DNA of 64,000 bases from Bacillota bacterium (GCA_012521405.1 JAAYMK010000067.1:7393-71392); one strand, 5' to 3'. Positions 1-9,438 are shown, numbered from the stretch's first letter. A program made the numbers and translations. Notes: a model not told the origin generated them from the sequence alone.

Positions 1-412
1 TTCCTGCGGTTGCTTCGAATGTATCTGCGGTATTGTTCCCGAAGCAAACGGGGTTATCATTGTCAACAGAGAATATGGCGATATTACACCGGTCGGTATG
101 ACCTTTGGTGAATTGGCATCCATGACCGGTGGCGGAGTGCAAACTCCAGGTTTTATGGGACACGGTAGACACTTTATCGGTTCGAAAAAATTCATGAGCG
201 CCGAAGGCGGACTGGCAAGAATTGTCTGGATGCCCAAAGAACTAAAAGACGATGTAAGGGATCGTCTAAATGCCGCAGCAAAAGAACTGTACGGTATTGA
301 CAATTTTACTGATATGATTTGTGACGAGACTATTGCTACGGAATCGGAAGGCCTGCTGAAATTCCTCGAAGAAAAAGGGCATCCGGCATTAAAATTAGAT
401 CCGATCATGTAA
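1..412 (+). CDS. acsB: Acetyl-CoA synthase (A-cluster subunit of CODH/ACS), C-terminal fragment; the 5' end lies outside the window
   Basis: Frame 2 is open from base 2 and starts SCGCFECICG (Cys-Gly-Cys Ni ligands). The last 104 aa are about 80% identical by eye to the C-terminus of the full AcsB at 4654-6780. Confidence 0.9.
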   Translation, partial: SCGCFECICGIVPEANGVIIVNREYGDITPVGMTFGELASMTGGGVQTPGFMGHGRHFIGSKKFMSAEGGLARIVWMPKELKDDVRDRLNAAAKELYGIDNFTDMICDETIATESEGLLKFLEEKGHPALKLDPIM

Positions 413-517
413 GTATCCCTCCGGTTCCATCTGAACCTTGCTTACCCCGTAATGTATGTTAAAATTTAAATTACGGGGTAAGCCAAATTTATTTTAATTA
501 TTAGGAGGCCAGATATT

Positions 518-1288
518 ATGTATAAAACAATTGCAGCGGCTGGAAAAGGTGGAACTGGAAAAACAAGTATCACCGGGTTAATCATAAGTTATTTAGTCGA
601 GGCAGGGAAAGGACCAATCTTAGCTGTTGATGCAGATGCCAATTCCAACCTAAATGAAGTCTTAGGTGTTGAAATAGAAGAAACTATCGGCAATATCCGC
701 GAGGAAGTCAATTGGGCGGAACGTACTGGTGAGCCCATTCCTGGCGGGATGACGAAAATGGATTATCTTGAATACCGGCTGAACCAGGCAGTTAGTGAAG
801 GCGACGGTTATGATATGTTGGTTATGGGCAGGACACAAGGTGAAGGTTGCTATTGCTATGTTAACGGTGTTTTAAAAAGACAAATTGAAAAACTTTCCGC
901 CAACTACAATCATGTCGTCATTGACAATGAGGCAGGGATGGAACATATCAGCCGGGGAACAGTGGGTAAAGTAGATTTACTGCTTCTTATCAGTGATTAT
1001 TCGCGCAGAAGTATTCAAGCTGTTGGCCGCATCAGGGAACTGGCCGATGAACTGAAGCTGGAAGTAGATAGAATAGGCCTCATCGTCAACAAAGCACCAA
1101 ACGGAGAATTAACGGAACCTATTAAAGAAGAAATTGAAAAACAGGGGCTGGAACTGATTGGCGTTATCCCGTTGGACCCAATGATTTCCGAGTATGATGC
1201 CAACGGTGAACCGTTGGTCAACATGCCTGAAGACAGCGCGGCGAAAAAAGCCATCAAAGATATACTTGCCAATCTACAGCTTATTTAA
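518..1288 (+). CDS. cooC: CooC/AcsF-type Ni-insertion ATPase (CODH/ACS maturation)
   Basis: P-loop GKGGTGKT at the N-terminus, MinD/CooC-like length (256 aa), CxC motif (GEGCYCYV), RBS aggagg 8 nt upstream, located inside the acs cluster. Confidence 0.85.
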   Translation: MYKTIAAAGKGGTGKTSITGLIISYLVEAGKGPILAVDADANSNLNEVLGVEIEETIGNIREEVNWAERTGEPIPGGMTKMDYLEYRLNQAVSEGDGYDMLVMGRTQGEGCYCYVNGVLKRQIEKLSANYNHVVIDNEAGMEHISRGTVGKVDLLLLISDYSRRSIQAVGRIRELADELKLEVDRIGLIVNKAPNGELTEPIKEEIEKQGLELIGVIPLDPMISEYDANGEPLVNMPEDSAAKKAIKDILANLQLI

Positions 1289-1302
1289 AGGAGGTCTAAA
1301 CA

Positions 1303-2250
1303 GTGGCTTATACGAAAGTCGCCAAAAAGTACAGTGGTAAAATTAATGAAGTTACACTGGGAACCGGTGATAAGGCAATAACCATCGGTGGCCGAAATGT
1401 ACTTCCTTTCCATCATTTTGACGGAGAAATTGGGCATCCCCCCAAAGTAGGTATTGAAATTACAGATATTGTGCCCGATGACTGGAACAATGCTCTCAAA
1501 AATCTTTATGGAGACGTTATGGGCGATGCGGCTAAATGGGCTAAATACGTAGAAGATAATTATGCCCCTGATTTTATTTGCCTGCATTTTGTCGGCGCTT
1601 CTCCTGACGGTGCCAACAAAAGTGTAGAGGAATGTGTTGAAGTTGCCAAACAAGTGGCGGCTGCCATTACGACCCCGCTGGTTGTAGCCGGGTGTAAAAA
1701 CGACGAAAAAGACGGCGAGCTGTTTGCTGCTGTGGCGGAAGCTTTACAAGGCAAAAATATCCTGATTTTGGCCGCCAAAGAAGAAAACTATAAGACAGTG
1801 GGCGCAGCCGGTGCCTTGGCATACCAACAAAAGGTTGCGGCAGAATCCTCCGTTGATATTAACCTGGCCAAGCAGTTAAATATTCTTATGAACCAATTAG
1901 GGGTTAAAGCGGAAGATATGGTAATGCATCTTGGTGTAGCCGCTGCCGGTTATGGATTTGAGTATTTATCTTCCACCATGGATAGGGTAGTTTTGGCCGC
2001 ACTGGGTCAGAATGATACGACACTGCAAATGCCCATCATTACCCCTGTATCCTTTGAAACTTGGGGTGTTAAGGAAGCCGTTGCCACGGAAGCTGACGAA
2101 CCTGAATGGGGCAGTGCGGAAGAAAGAGGTATTCATATGGAAGTTGCCACTGCCGCAGCTTGTCTCGTTTCAGGAGCCGATGCTGTCATCGTAAGACATC
2201 CGAAGTCTTTACAAACCGTTAAATCCCTCATTGAAGGCTTGTTAGAATAA
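1303..2250 (+). CDS. acsD: Corrinoid iron-sulfur protein small subunit (delta)
   Basis: 315 aa, GTG start after aggagg. TIM-barrel CFeSP small-subunit-like sequence with no Cys cluster, directly upstream of acsC. Confidence 0.8.
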   Translation: MAYTKVAKKYSGKINEVTLGTGDKAITIGGRNVLPFHHFDGEIGHPPKVGIEITDIVPDDWNNALKNLYGDVMGDAAKWAKYVEDNYAPDFICLHFVGASPDGANKSVEECVEVAKQVAAAITTPLVVAGCKNDEKDGELFAAVAEALQGKNILILAAKEENYKTVGAAGALAYQQKVAAESSVDINLAKQLNILMNQLGVKAEDMVMHLGVAAAGYGFEYLSSTMDRVVLAALGQNDTTLQMPIITPVSFETWGVKEAVATEADEPEWGSAEERGIHMEVATAAACLVSGADAVIVRHPKSLQTVKSLIEGLLE

Positions 2251-2283
2251 TAGCGCAACCACACTAAAGGAGGCCGAGAGCAG

Positions 2284-3624
2284 ATGGCTTTAACTGGTTT
2301 AGATATTTTTAAATTGACACCACGGAAAAATTGTAAAGAATGTGGTTTTCCTACTTGTATGGCTTTTGCCATGAAAGTTGCATCCGGTGCTGTTGAAATC
2401 GAAAAATGTCCTCATATTTCCGATGAAGCAAAAGCAAAATTATCAGAAGCCACGGCACCTCCAATGAGAACAATTAAAGTCGGTACCGGCGATTATGAAA
2501 AAGCTTTGGGCGGGGAAACAGTTTTATTTAGACACGAAAAAACTTTTGTTAACAGAAACTTATTTGCTGTGCAGTTTGCTGACCAGATGACAGATGATGA
2601 GGTGTCCGGTAAAATCGCCAATCTTAAAAAAGTGGACTACGAGCGTATTGGCGAACAAATGCATGTCGAGGCTGTTGCCGTTAAATATACCGGCAACAAA
2701 GAACGTTACTTGGATGTAATTAAGCAGTTAAAAGATTTAAATAAAGTCTTTATCTTGGTATGCGATGATGCAGCCGTAGCCGCTGAAGCCGTAGCTTTGG
2801 TCAAAGAAACTAAGCCTGTTTTGGTAGGAGCCAATGCCGGCAACCTTGACGAGATGGTTAAACTGGCCAAAGACAATGGCGTAGTTTTAGGATTAAGCGC
2901 TGACACCGTTGAAGACCTGTACGCACTGGCAGAAAAAGCCCAGGGTTTAGATTATAAAGAGTTAGTCTTAAATACAACAGGCGAAAATATTGCTAAGACT
3001 TTTGAAAAAACCATCGAAGTCAGAAGAACGGCTTTGGAAGGCAAGGACAGAACATTTGGTTATCCCTCAATCGTTTTTGTCAATGATTTAGCCAAAGACA
3101 ATGCTTACCTGCAAACAGCCCTTGCTGCAACATTCATCCTTAAATACGGTTCCATTATTGTCTTAGATGATATTGAATATGCCAATGCTTTACCTTTATT
3201 CGCACTTAGACAAAATATCTTTACCGATCCACAAAAACCCATGCGCGTTGAACCTAAAGTATATGAGTTCGCCAATCCCGATGCTGAATCTCCTGTGCTC
3301 TTAACAGTTGACTTTGCGCTCACTTATTTTGTTGTTTCCGGTGAAATTGAAAGGGCAAAAGTACCTGCCTACTTGGCGGTTCCTGATGCCGGCGGCTTGT
3401 CTGTACTCACATCCTGGGCCGCAGGCAAGTTGGGCGCAAGTGTCATTAGAGATATGATTAAAAATAGCGGTTTAGAAGAAAAACTAACAAGAAAGAGACT
3501 TGTTCTCCCTGGTAAAGTGGCAGTCTTAAAAGGTGAAGTGGAAGAAGAACTGCCCGGTTGGGAAATTATTGTGGGACCGGAAGAAGCAATGCAGATCCCC
3601 AAATTCTTGCGCGAACTTAATTAA
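2284..3624 (+). CDS. acsC: Corrinoid iron-sulfur protein large subunit (gamma)
   Basis: 446 aa. N-terminal CKECGFPTCMAFAMKVASG [4Fe-4S] motif typical of AcsC; size matches Moorella AcsC. Confidence 0.88.
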   Translation: MALTGLDIFKLTPRKNCKECGFPTCMAFAMKVASGAVEIEKCPHISDEAKAKLSEATAPPMRTIKVGTGDYEKALGGETVLFRHEKTFVNRNLFAVQFADQMTDDEVSGKIANLKKVDYERIGEQMHVEAVAVKYTGNKERYLDVIKQLKDLNKVFILVCDDAAVAAEAVALVKETKPVLVGANAGNLDEMVKLAKDNGVVLGLSADTVEDLYALAEKAQGLDYKELVLNTTGENIAKTFEKTIEVRRTALEGKDRTFGYPSIVFVNDLAKDNAYLQTALAATFILKYGSIIVLDDIEYANALPLFALRQNIFTDPQKPMRVEPKVYEFANPDAESPVLLTVDFALTYFVVSGEIERAKVPAYLAVPDAGGLSVLTSWAAGKLGASVIRDMIKNSGLEEKLTRKRLVLPGKVAVLKGEVEEELPGWEIIVGPEEAMQIPKFLRELN

Positions 3625-3630
3625 TGACAA

Positions 3631-3681
3631 AAGCAGGCAGAACAATATGCGCAACTTGCTCTGTTGTTGTTCTGTCTGCTT
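3631..3681 (+). other. 15-bp stem-loop between acsC and acsE (processing, stabilising or attenuating hairpin)
   Basis: aagcaggcagaacaa (3631-3645) pairs with ttgttctgtctgctt (3667-3681) with one G-U pair and a 21-nt loop. There is no clean U-tract. Confidence 0.4.
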
Positions 3682-3751
3682 GCCATAAATTTATCTTTTG
3701 CCGATAAAAAAGATAATTCCGGAAAAAATAAATAAGAAAGAAGGTAGAGAA

Positions 3752-4537
3752 ATGCAAAAGTTTATGATTATTGGTGAGAGAATTCACTGCATTTCACCGG
3801 TAATTCGCAAGGCCTTGGAGGAAAGAGATCCTGAGCCCATCTTAAAGCGGGCCAAGGAACAAATTGCTGCCGGTGCAGCATACCTTGACGTAAATATTGG
3901 CCCGGCGGAAAAAGACGGTGAAGAAATTATGCAGTGGGTTGTGCAACTGATCCAGTCTGAATGCGACAACATTCCCTTGGCTTTAGATACTGCCAATAAA
4001 AAGGCCATTGAAGCCGGCATTAAAGTATATAATCGCTCCAAAGGAAAGCCTATCATTAACTCTGCCGACGCCGGTGACAGGATTGACAATATTAACCTGG
4101 CAGCAGCCAATGATGCCATGTGCATTGCTTTATGCGCCAAGGAAGGAATTCCCAGAGATAATGATGAGCGCATGATGTATTGTCAGCAAATGCTGGAAAG
4201 AGCAATGGAAGCAGGCATGGATCCCGAAGACCTCTTGTTCGACCCGTTGTTCTTAGTAATTAAAGGTATGCAGGAAAAACAAGTGGAAGTGTTAGAGGCC
4301 ATTAAAATGATGAGCGAAATGGGTCTGAAAACTACAGGCGGTTTAAGTAACGTTTCCAACGGTGCTCCCAAACATTTACGGCCCGTTTTGGATGCTTATA
4401 CCTTGGCCATGGCCATGATGTGCGGATTGACCTCTGCCATTGCCAATCCTTGTGATCCCAAATTGCAGGAAGCTGTCAAAACTTGTGACATCATTTTAGG
4501 CAATACTCTTTATGCTGATTCTTACTTAGAACTGTAA
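3752..4537 (+). CDS. acsE: Methyltetrahydrofolate:corrinoid/iron-sulfur protein methyltransferase
   Basis: Pterin-binding fold sequence MQKFMIIGERIHC...YLDVNIGP...ALDTAN. ATG at 3752 follows gaaggtagaga; the TTG at 3698 in the track has no RBS. Confidence 0.85.
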   Translation: MQKFMIIGERIHCISPVIRKALEERDPEPILKRAKEQIAAGAAYLDVNIGPAEKDGEEIMQWVVQLIQSECDNIPLALDTANKKAIEAGIKVYNRSKGKPIINSADAGDRIDNINLAAANDAMCIALCAKEGIPRDNDERMMYCQQMLERAMEAGMDPEDLLFDPLFLVIKGMQEKQVEVLEAIKMMSEMGLKTTGGLSNVSNGAPKHLRPVLDAYTLAMAMMCGLTSAIANPCDPKLQEAVKTCDIILGNTLYADSYLEL

Positions 4538-4558
4538 TATTTGTACTACTATTCATAG

Positions 4559-4594
4559 AATTCAGATGGGACAAAAGTCCCATCTGAATTTCTT
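4559..4594 (+). terminator. Rho-independent terminator after acsE
   Basis: aattcagatgggac / gtcccatctgaatt forms a 14-bp perfect stem with an aaaa loop, followed by tcttgct. Confidence 0.75.
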
Positions 4595-4653
4595 GCTCCT
4601 GCAAGCTTTGACGGTTCCTATAAACACTTCATGAAGGAGGTTGAAAAGAGAAC

Positions 4654-6780
4654 ATGAGTCTAACTGCCGTTATTTTTTCAGGTGCTAAAGCGGCGCTGGA
4701 ATTGGCCAGGAAGGCCGTAGGCGACGCCATTGCCGCCACAGGAAAAGAACATAAAGTTGCTTTTCCGGGTACTGCTTATGCTTTACCGGTAATTTATGCG
4801 GCCACAGGAAAGAAAATTACTAATTTGGGAGAGCTGGAAGCTGCTTTAGACGTTGCCGCAAGCCTCATTGTGGAAGAGGATGATTTGGCTAAAGCGTTAA
4901 ATGCAGGTCTGGCAACTGCCGTCTGTGCCGAAATCATTGAAGCAGTTAAATACGCCACAGAGGAAAATGCTTATGAGGAAGAAGCCGGTATTGGGTTCAT
5001 TCCTGACCCTGTGATTCGTTCCCTTGGGGTACCGCTGGTGACCGGTGACATTCCCGGCATTGCCGTCATTGTGGGGGAAGCGGAAAATCAGCAAAATCTG
5101 GTGTCTATCGTTAAAGATTATCAAGAAAAAGGTTTACTGACTTTTCTTATCGGCAAAACTGTAGACCAAATCGTTAATTCAGACGTAAAAACAGGTTTGG
5201 AATTTAGAGTAATTCCCATCGGATACGATATTACATCCGTCATTCATGTGGTATCGGTAGCGGTACGGGCCGCATTAATTTTTGGTGCCCTCACACCCGG
5301 AGATTTAGACGGATTGTTGGCTTATACCAAAGAAAGATTGCCGGCCTTTGTCAATACTTTTGGTCCACTTAATGAAGTGGTTGTGGCTGCCGGTGCCGGA
5401 GCCATAGCGCTGGGCTTCCCTGTTATTGCTGATGTGGAAGTGCCGGAAGTGCCGGGGGCTTTGATTACGCAAAAAGACCATGCGCAAACTGTAAAAACTT
5501 CTTTGGAAGCGCGCGGTATTAAAATTAAAGTAAAAGAGATTCCCATTCCGGTAAGCTTCGCCGCCGCCTTTGAAGGGGAAAGAATTCGCAAAGACAATGT
5601 ATATGCAGAGTTTGGTAGTAAACGCAGCAAAGCTTGGGAATTGGTCAAAATGAGACCTTTAGCAGAAGTGGAAGACCATAAGATTGAGCTCATTGGGCCG
5701 GATATTGATGCCGTTGAGCCGCCAGTATACTTACCTCTGGCCCTCTTGGTGGAAGTGGCCGGGAAGAATATGGAAGAAGATTTTGAACCTGTGCTGGAAA
5801 GAAGAATACACTACTTCTTAAATTATATGGAAGGTGTCATGCATATCGGGCAGCGCAATATTGCCTGGATTCGTATCGGTAAAGATGCCTATGCTAAAGG
5901 CTTAAGATTAAAACATTTCGGCGAAGTTCTATATGCCATGATGCATGATGAATTTGGTACGGTGATCGATAGATGCCAGGTTACAATTATCACCGATGAA
6001 GAAAAAGTACATCAACTGGAGCAGGAATTGGCGCTACCCAGCTATAGAGCCAGGGATGAGCGTCTGGAGTCCCTGACTGATGAAAGTGTCGATACGTTTT
6101 ACACTTGCACACTTTGCCAGTCCTTTGCTCCCGCCCATGTATGCGTTGTCACACCGGAACGTTTAGGCTTATGTGGTGCAGTGAGCTGGCTGGATGCAAA
6201 AGCTACAAAAGAACTAGATCCCACCGGAGCTTGCCAACCTGTACCTAAAGAAGGTCTGGAAGACGAAGTTAAAGGTATCTGGTCAGCAGTCAATAAAGCA
6301 GTGGAAGAACGTTCCCAAGGAGCTGTTTCCAGAATTACTCTTTACAGCATTTTAGAAGATCCCATGACATCTTGCGGTTGTTTTGAATGTATTTGCGGCA
6401 TTGCTCCGGAAGGCAACGGTGTTATTATTGTGAACCGCGAATATGCCGGTACAACACCGGTAGGTATGACATTTGGCGAACTGGCCTCCATGACCGGTGG
6501 AGGTGTGCAGACGCCCGGATTTATGGGGCATGGCAGACATTTTATTGCCTCTAGGAAGTTTCTTGCTGCCGAGGGCGGTCTACAAAGAATTATTTGGATG
6601 CCTAAAGAATTAAAAGACGATATAGCGGAAAGACTTAATAAAACAGCTAAAGAACTGTACGGCATTGACAACTTTGCTGACATGATTTGCGATGAAACCA
6701 TAGCTACAGATATTGAAGATGTGGTAAACTTTTTGACCGCCAAAGGCCATCCTGCTTTGACCCTGGATCCCATTATGTAA
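4654..6780 (+). CDS. acsB: Acetyl-CoA synthase (A-cluster subunit), full length
   Basis: 708 aa. A-cluster motifs CTLCQSFAPAHVCVVTPERLGLCGA and TSCGCFEC; N-terminal FPGTAYALPVIY as in Moorella AcsB. Confidence 0.92.
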   Translation: MSLTAVIFSGAKAALELARKAVGDAIAATGKEHKVAFPGTAYALPVIYAATGKKITNLGELEAALDVAASLIVEEDDLAKALNAGLATAVCAEIIEAVKYATEENAYEEEAGIGFIPDPVIRSLGVPLVTGDIPGIAVIVGEAENQQNLVSIVKDYQEKGLLTFLIGKTVDQIVNSDVKTGLEFRVIPIGYDITSVIHVVSVAVRAALIFGALTPGDLDGLLAYTKERLPAFVNTFGPLNEVVVAAGAGAIALGFPVIADVEVPEVPGALITQKDHAQTVKTSLEARGIKIKVKEIPIPVSFAAAFEGERIRKDNVYAEFGSKRSKAWELVKMRPLAEVEDHKIELIGPDIDAVEPPVYLPLALLVEVAGKNMEEDFEPVLERRIHYFLNYMEGVMHIGQRNIAWIRIGKDAYAKGLRLKHFGEVLYAMMHDEFGTVIDRCQVTIITDEEKVHQLEQELALPSYRARDERLESLTDESVDTFYTCTLCQSFAPAHVCVVTPERLGLCGAVSWLDAKATKELDPTGACQPVPKEGLEDEVKGIWSAVNKAVEERSQGAVSRITLYSILEDPMTSCGCFECICGIAPEGNGVIIVNREYAGTTPVGMTFGELASMTGGGVQTPGFMGHGRHFIASRKFLAAEGGLQRIIWMPKELKDDIAERLNKTAKELYGIDNFADMICDETIATDIEDVVNFLTAKGHPALTLDPIM

Positions 6781-6791
6781 TGAGCTAGACT

Positions 6792-6811
6792 GGGCAGGCT
6801 TATGCCTGCCC
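6792..6811 (+). other. GC-rich 8-bp hairpin between acsB and the RACo gene
   Basis: gggcaggc ttat gcctgccc is a perfect stem with no U-tract. It overlaps the N-terminal extension proposed by the ORF track, which argues for the 6838 start. Confidence 0.4.
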
Positions 6812-6837
6812 ATGATCCCAAAAATGGAGGTGCACCA

Positions 6838-8781
6838 ATGATTGATTTAACCATAAAAACGCCAAATGAAACTCTACAAGTAAAAGTTCAGCAAGGTGAA
6901 AACCTGTTGCATGCGCTTCGCACAGCCGGGGTAAATATTGATGCACCGTGTAATGGAAATGGAACGTGCGGGAAATGCAGGGTAAAACTTGTGGACGGCT
7001 CCGTCAGGCAAAAAAGTATGTTTAAAAGCAAAGAAAACGGGACGGTTCTGGCGTGCTCCTGTGCTGTGGTTGAGCCCGTAACCATTTACGTTCCCCAAGA
7101 ATCTCTTTTAGACGTTAACAACATTCGTGTACAAAATAATACAGAAAAGTATGAACGGCAGTTTTATCAAGTTAGGGATAAATTTGCGTCAACCTTTACT
7201 ACGGAAAGTCATGTACGAAAAATTGAGTTGGAACTGGATGAACCGACTTTAGATGATAATATTTCTGATGTTACCCGGATAAAAAAGCATTTGCGACTTC
7301 AGTTAGGCTGTTCTAGGGTTGAAATTAATACGCACCTTTTACAAAGAATCCCTTTAATTTTAAGGGAGAATAATTTTAAGGTTGCGGTTGTATATACATG
7401 GCTAGATGATGATAAAATAAGGATTATTGAGATTAAGCCGCCAGGAAAAACGGCAGGATATGGAGTTGCCGTTGATGTTGGCACCACGTCTGTGGCTGCT
7501 TGTTTAGTAGATTTGGAAACCAAGCAAATTCTGGGTGAAGCAGCCTGTGCCAATGCACAATCAAAGTATGGTGCCGATGTCATTAATCGTATTATTTATG
7601 CCATCAAAGGTGACGGCTTAAAATTATTAAAGGATGCCGTGGTTAAAGAAAGCATCAACCCTTTGATTATGGAGTTGTGCAAAGCCAACAAGATTAGCTG
7701 TGAGGAAATAGTTATGTTCACAGCTTCCGCCAATACCACCATGACCCAGCTGCTGCTGGGAATTTATCCTGATTTTCTGAGAAAAGAGCCTTATATTCCA
7801 GCCTTAACCGACACAAGGGATTTAAATATAACAGCAGCTGATATCGGCCTTTGCATTAATAAAAATGCTGTCATTCATCTTTCTCCCGCCGTGGCCAGTT
7901 ATGTGGGCGGCGATATTAGCGCCGGCGTTTTGCCTGCCTTGATTCGAGAAAGTGAAAAAGTCAGTATTTTAATCGACTTGGGTACAAATGGAGAAATAGT
8001 GCTGGGTAATAGCGACTTTTTAATGACATGTGCCTGTTCCGCCGGGCCTGCCTTTGAAGGCGGTGAAATTTCTTGTGGTATGCGTGCGGCCCCCGGAGCC
8101 ATTGAAGCCGTAACCATTGGTGATGATTATAAAGCCCAATTAACTATTATTGGTGCGGAAAAGCCCTATGGCATTTGTGGTTCAGGGATTATTGATCTAA
8201 TTTCTGAATTAAAGCGCGTAGGCCTCATTGATGCCAGAGGCAAATTTAGGAAAGATGTGACAACCAAGTACGTAAAGTTTGACCAATATGGTATCGGGCA
8301 ATATATTGTGGCGGAAAAAGAACAATATGGTCTGGATGAAGATATCTATATTACCGAAGTAGATATTGATAATTTTATTCGAGCTAAAGCTGCCGTTTAT
8401 TCAGCTACTTGTGTCTTGTTGTCCAGTGTCGGCATGGATTTTGACGATTTAGAGGAAGTAAAAGTAGCCGGCGGAATCGGCAACCATATTAATATTAAAA
8501 ATGCCATTAATATTGGGCTATTTCCCGATATTGACCCGGAGAAATATACTTTTATCGGCAATAGCTCCTTAATCGGAAGTTATTTGAGTTTAATCAATAA
8601 AAAAGCCAAAGAATATATTGATGAGACGGCAGAGCAAATGACTTATATTGAACTTAGCGTTTATCCCGGATATATGGATGAGTTTGTTTCCGCCTCCTTT
8701 ATCCCGCATACAGACCTCCAACGCTTCCCTAACCATAACAAAATGGATGTTCCTTTGAAAGATGTAAAATCTGCTATTTAA
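6838..8781 (+). CDS. Reductive activator of corrinoid Fe-S protein (RACo-like; 2Fe-2S ferredoxin plus ASKHA ATPase)
   Basis: N-terminal plant-type [2Fe-2S] motif CNGNGTCGKCRV...C followed by an actin/HSP70-like ATPase (VAVDVGTTS, DLGTNGE). ATG at 6838 lies 7 nt after ggagg; acs context. Confidence 0.8.
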   Translation: MIDLTIKTPNETLQVKVQQGENLLHALRTAGVNIDAPCNGNGTCGKCRVKLVDGSVRQKSMFKSKENGTVLACSCAVVEPVTIYVPQESLLDVNNIRVQNNTEKYERQFYQVRDKFASTFTTESHVRKIELELDEPTLDDNISDVTRIKKHLRLQLGCSRVEINTHLLQRIPLILRENNFKVAVVYTWLDDDKIRIIEIKPPGKTAGYGVAVDVGTTSVAACLVDLETKQILGEAACANAQSKYGADVINRIIYAIKGDGLKLLKDAVVKESINPLIMELCKANKISCEEIVMFTASANTTMTQLLLGIYPDFLRKEPYIPALTDTRDLNITAADIGLCINKNAVIHLSPAVASYVGGDISAGVLPALIRESEKVSILIDLGTNGEIVLGNSDFLMTCACSAGPAFEGGEISCGMRAAPGAIEAVTIGDDYKAQLTIIGAEKPYGICGSGIIDLISELKRVGLIDARGKFRKDVTTKYVKFDQYGIGQYIVAEKEQYGLDEDIYITEVDIDNFIRAKAAVYSATCVLLSSVGMDFDDLEEVKVAGGIGNHINIKNAINIGLFPDIDPEKYTFIGNSSLIGSYLSLINKKAKEYIDETAEQMTYIELSVYPGYMDEFVSASFIPHTDLQRFPNHNKMDVPLKDVKSAI

Positions 8782-8810
8782 GTAACATAGAGACTGAACC
8801 AGGAAAATCA

Positions 8811-8843
8811 CCCCTCATACCAGGTATGGGGGGTTAAATTTTT
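8811..8843 (+). terminator. Probable terminator after the RACo gene
   Basis: cccctcatacc / ggtatgggggg stem (one G-U pair) followed by ttaaattttt. Confidence 0.5.
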
Positions 8844-8932
8844 CAGCAGAGAAAAATTATTGCGCGAAAGGTTATTTTTGTTTAAACGAGAATAAAAAAA
8901 TAAACCTGGAAAACTTAAACAGGGGTGATTGT

Positions 8933-9289
8933 ATGGAAAAGCGTAGATTTTCCCGGGTGCCTTTCCGGATGCAAGTTGAAATTGACACCGGGGAGGAAAA
9001 GTTTACCGGTAAAGTAAAGGACATTAGCTTAAAGGGGGCTTTTATTCTTTCTCAACCAACAGCTCCCCCAGAAAAGCAGGTTTCCATAAGCATTCATTTA
9101 ACCGGTACCAGTGCAAAACTTGTCATTACTATAAATGGAAAAGTTATACGAAATGATGCTGAGGGTTTTGCCGTTTATTTTGATGCTGTCGATTTAGATT
9201 CTTTTATCCTTTTAAAAAATATTGTTGATTATAATAGTGCGGATCCGGAAAAAATCCTGGCCGAGTATGCAGCCGCCATGAAGTCGTAA
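8933..9289 (+). CDS. PilZ-domain protein (putative c-di-GMP receptor)
   Basis: RRFSR (RxxxR) and DISLKGAF (D/NxSxxG) motifs at the canonical spacing; 118 aa single-domain protein. Confidence 0.75.
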   Translation: MEKRRFSRVPFRMQVEIDTGEEKFTGKVKDISLKGAFILSQPTAPPEKQVSISIHLTGTSAKLVITINGKVIRNDAEGFAVYFDAVDLDSFILLKNIVDYNSADPEKILAEYAAAMKS

Positions 9290-9294
9290 AAATT

Positions 9295-9323
9295 GCTGCC
9301 GGACAAACCGACAGCTTTTTTTT
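9295..9323 (+). terminator. Rho-independent terminator after the PilZ gene
   Basis: gctgccgg / ccgacagc stem (one mismatch) followed by T8. Confidence 0.6.
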
Positions 9324-9374
9324 GGCAAAAAAAAGCATATATTATTTTTACATAAAGAAAATAAGGTGAAAAAA

Positions 9375-9438
9375 TTGTGAAAATATTTACATTAATATAT
9401 AATGTAATTAATCTAAAATATCAGAATAAATGTAATTA
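9375..9438 (+). promoter_or_regulatory. Sigma-A-like promoter with overlapping operator-like repeats
   Basis: TTGTGA (9375-9380), 17-nt spacer, TATAAT (9398-9403). Inverted repeat TTACATTA (9387-9394) / TAATGTAA (9400-9407) straddles the -10, and a third AATGTAATTA copy lies at 9429-9438. Confidence 0.55.

Noticed and set aside
3698-3751. N-terminal extensions proposed by the ORF track. Examples are acsE at 3698, RACo at 6802, the FAD protein at 9447, hisF at 15199, aroK at 15959, pyrB at 19928, alaS at 30103, the PBP at 37142, cbiB at 39039 and the S2 protein at 48127.
   Set aside because: In each case an internal ATG, GTG or TTG is preceded by a GGAGG-type RBS at 5-9 nt and gives an N-terminus matching the family. 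The longer forms start inside terminators, hairpins or the upstream gene.
6342-6854. 170-aa minus-strand ORF, and many similar 60-130 aa antisense ORFs in the track (for example 1015-1272, 1285-1653, 3784-4173, 5322-5693).
   Set aside because: They lie entirely antisense to genes with strong family motifs (acsB, cooC, acsD, acsE). They have low-complexity Ser/Ala-rich translations typical of the reverse frame of coding DNA, and they lack an RBS.
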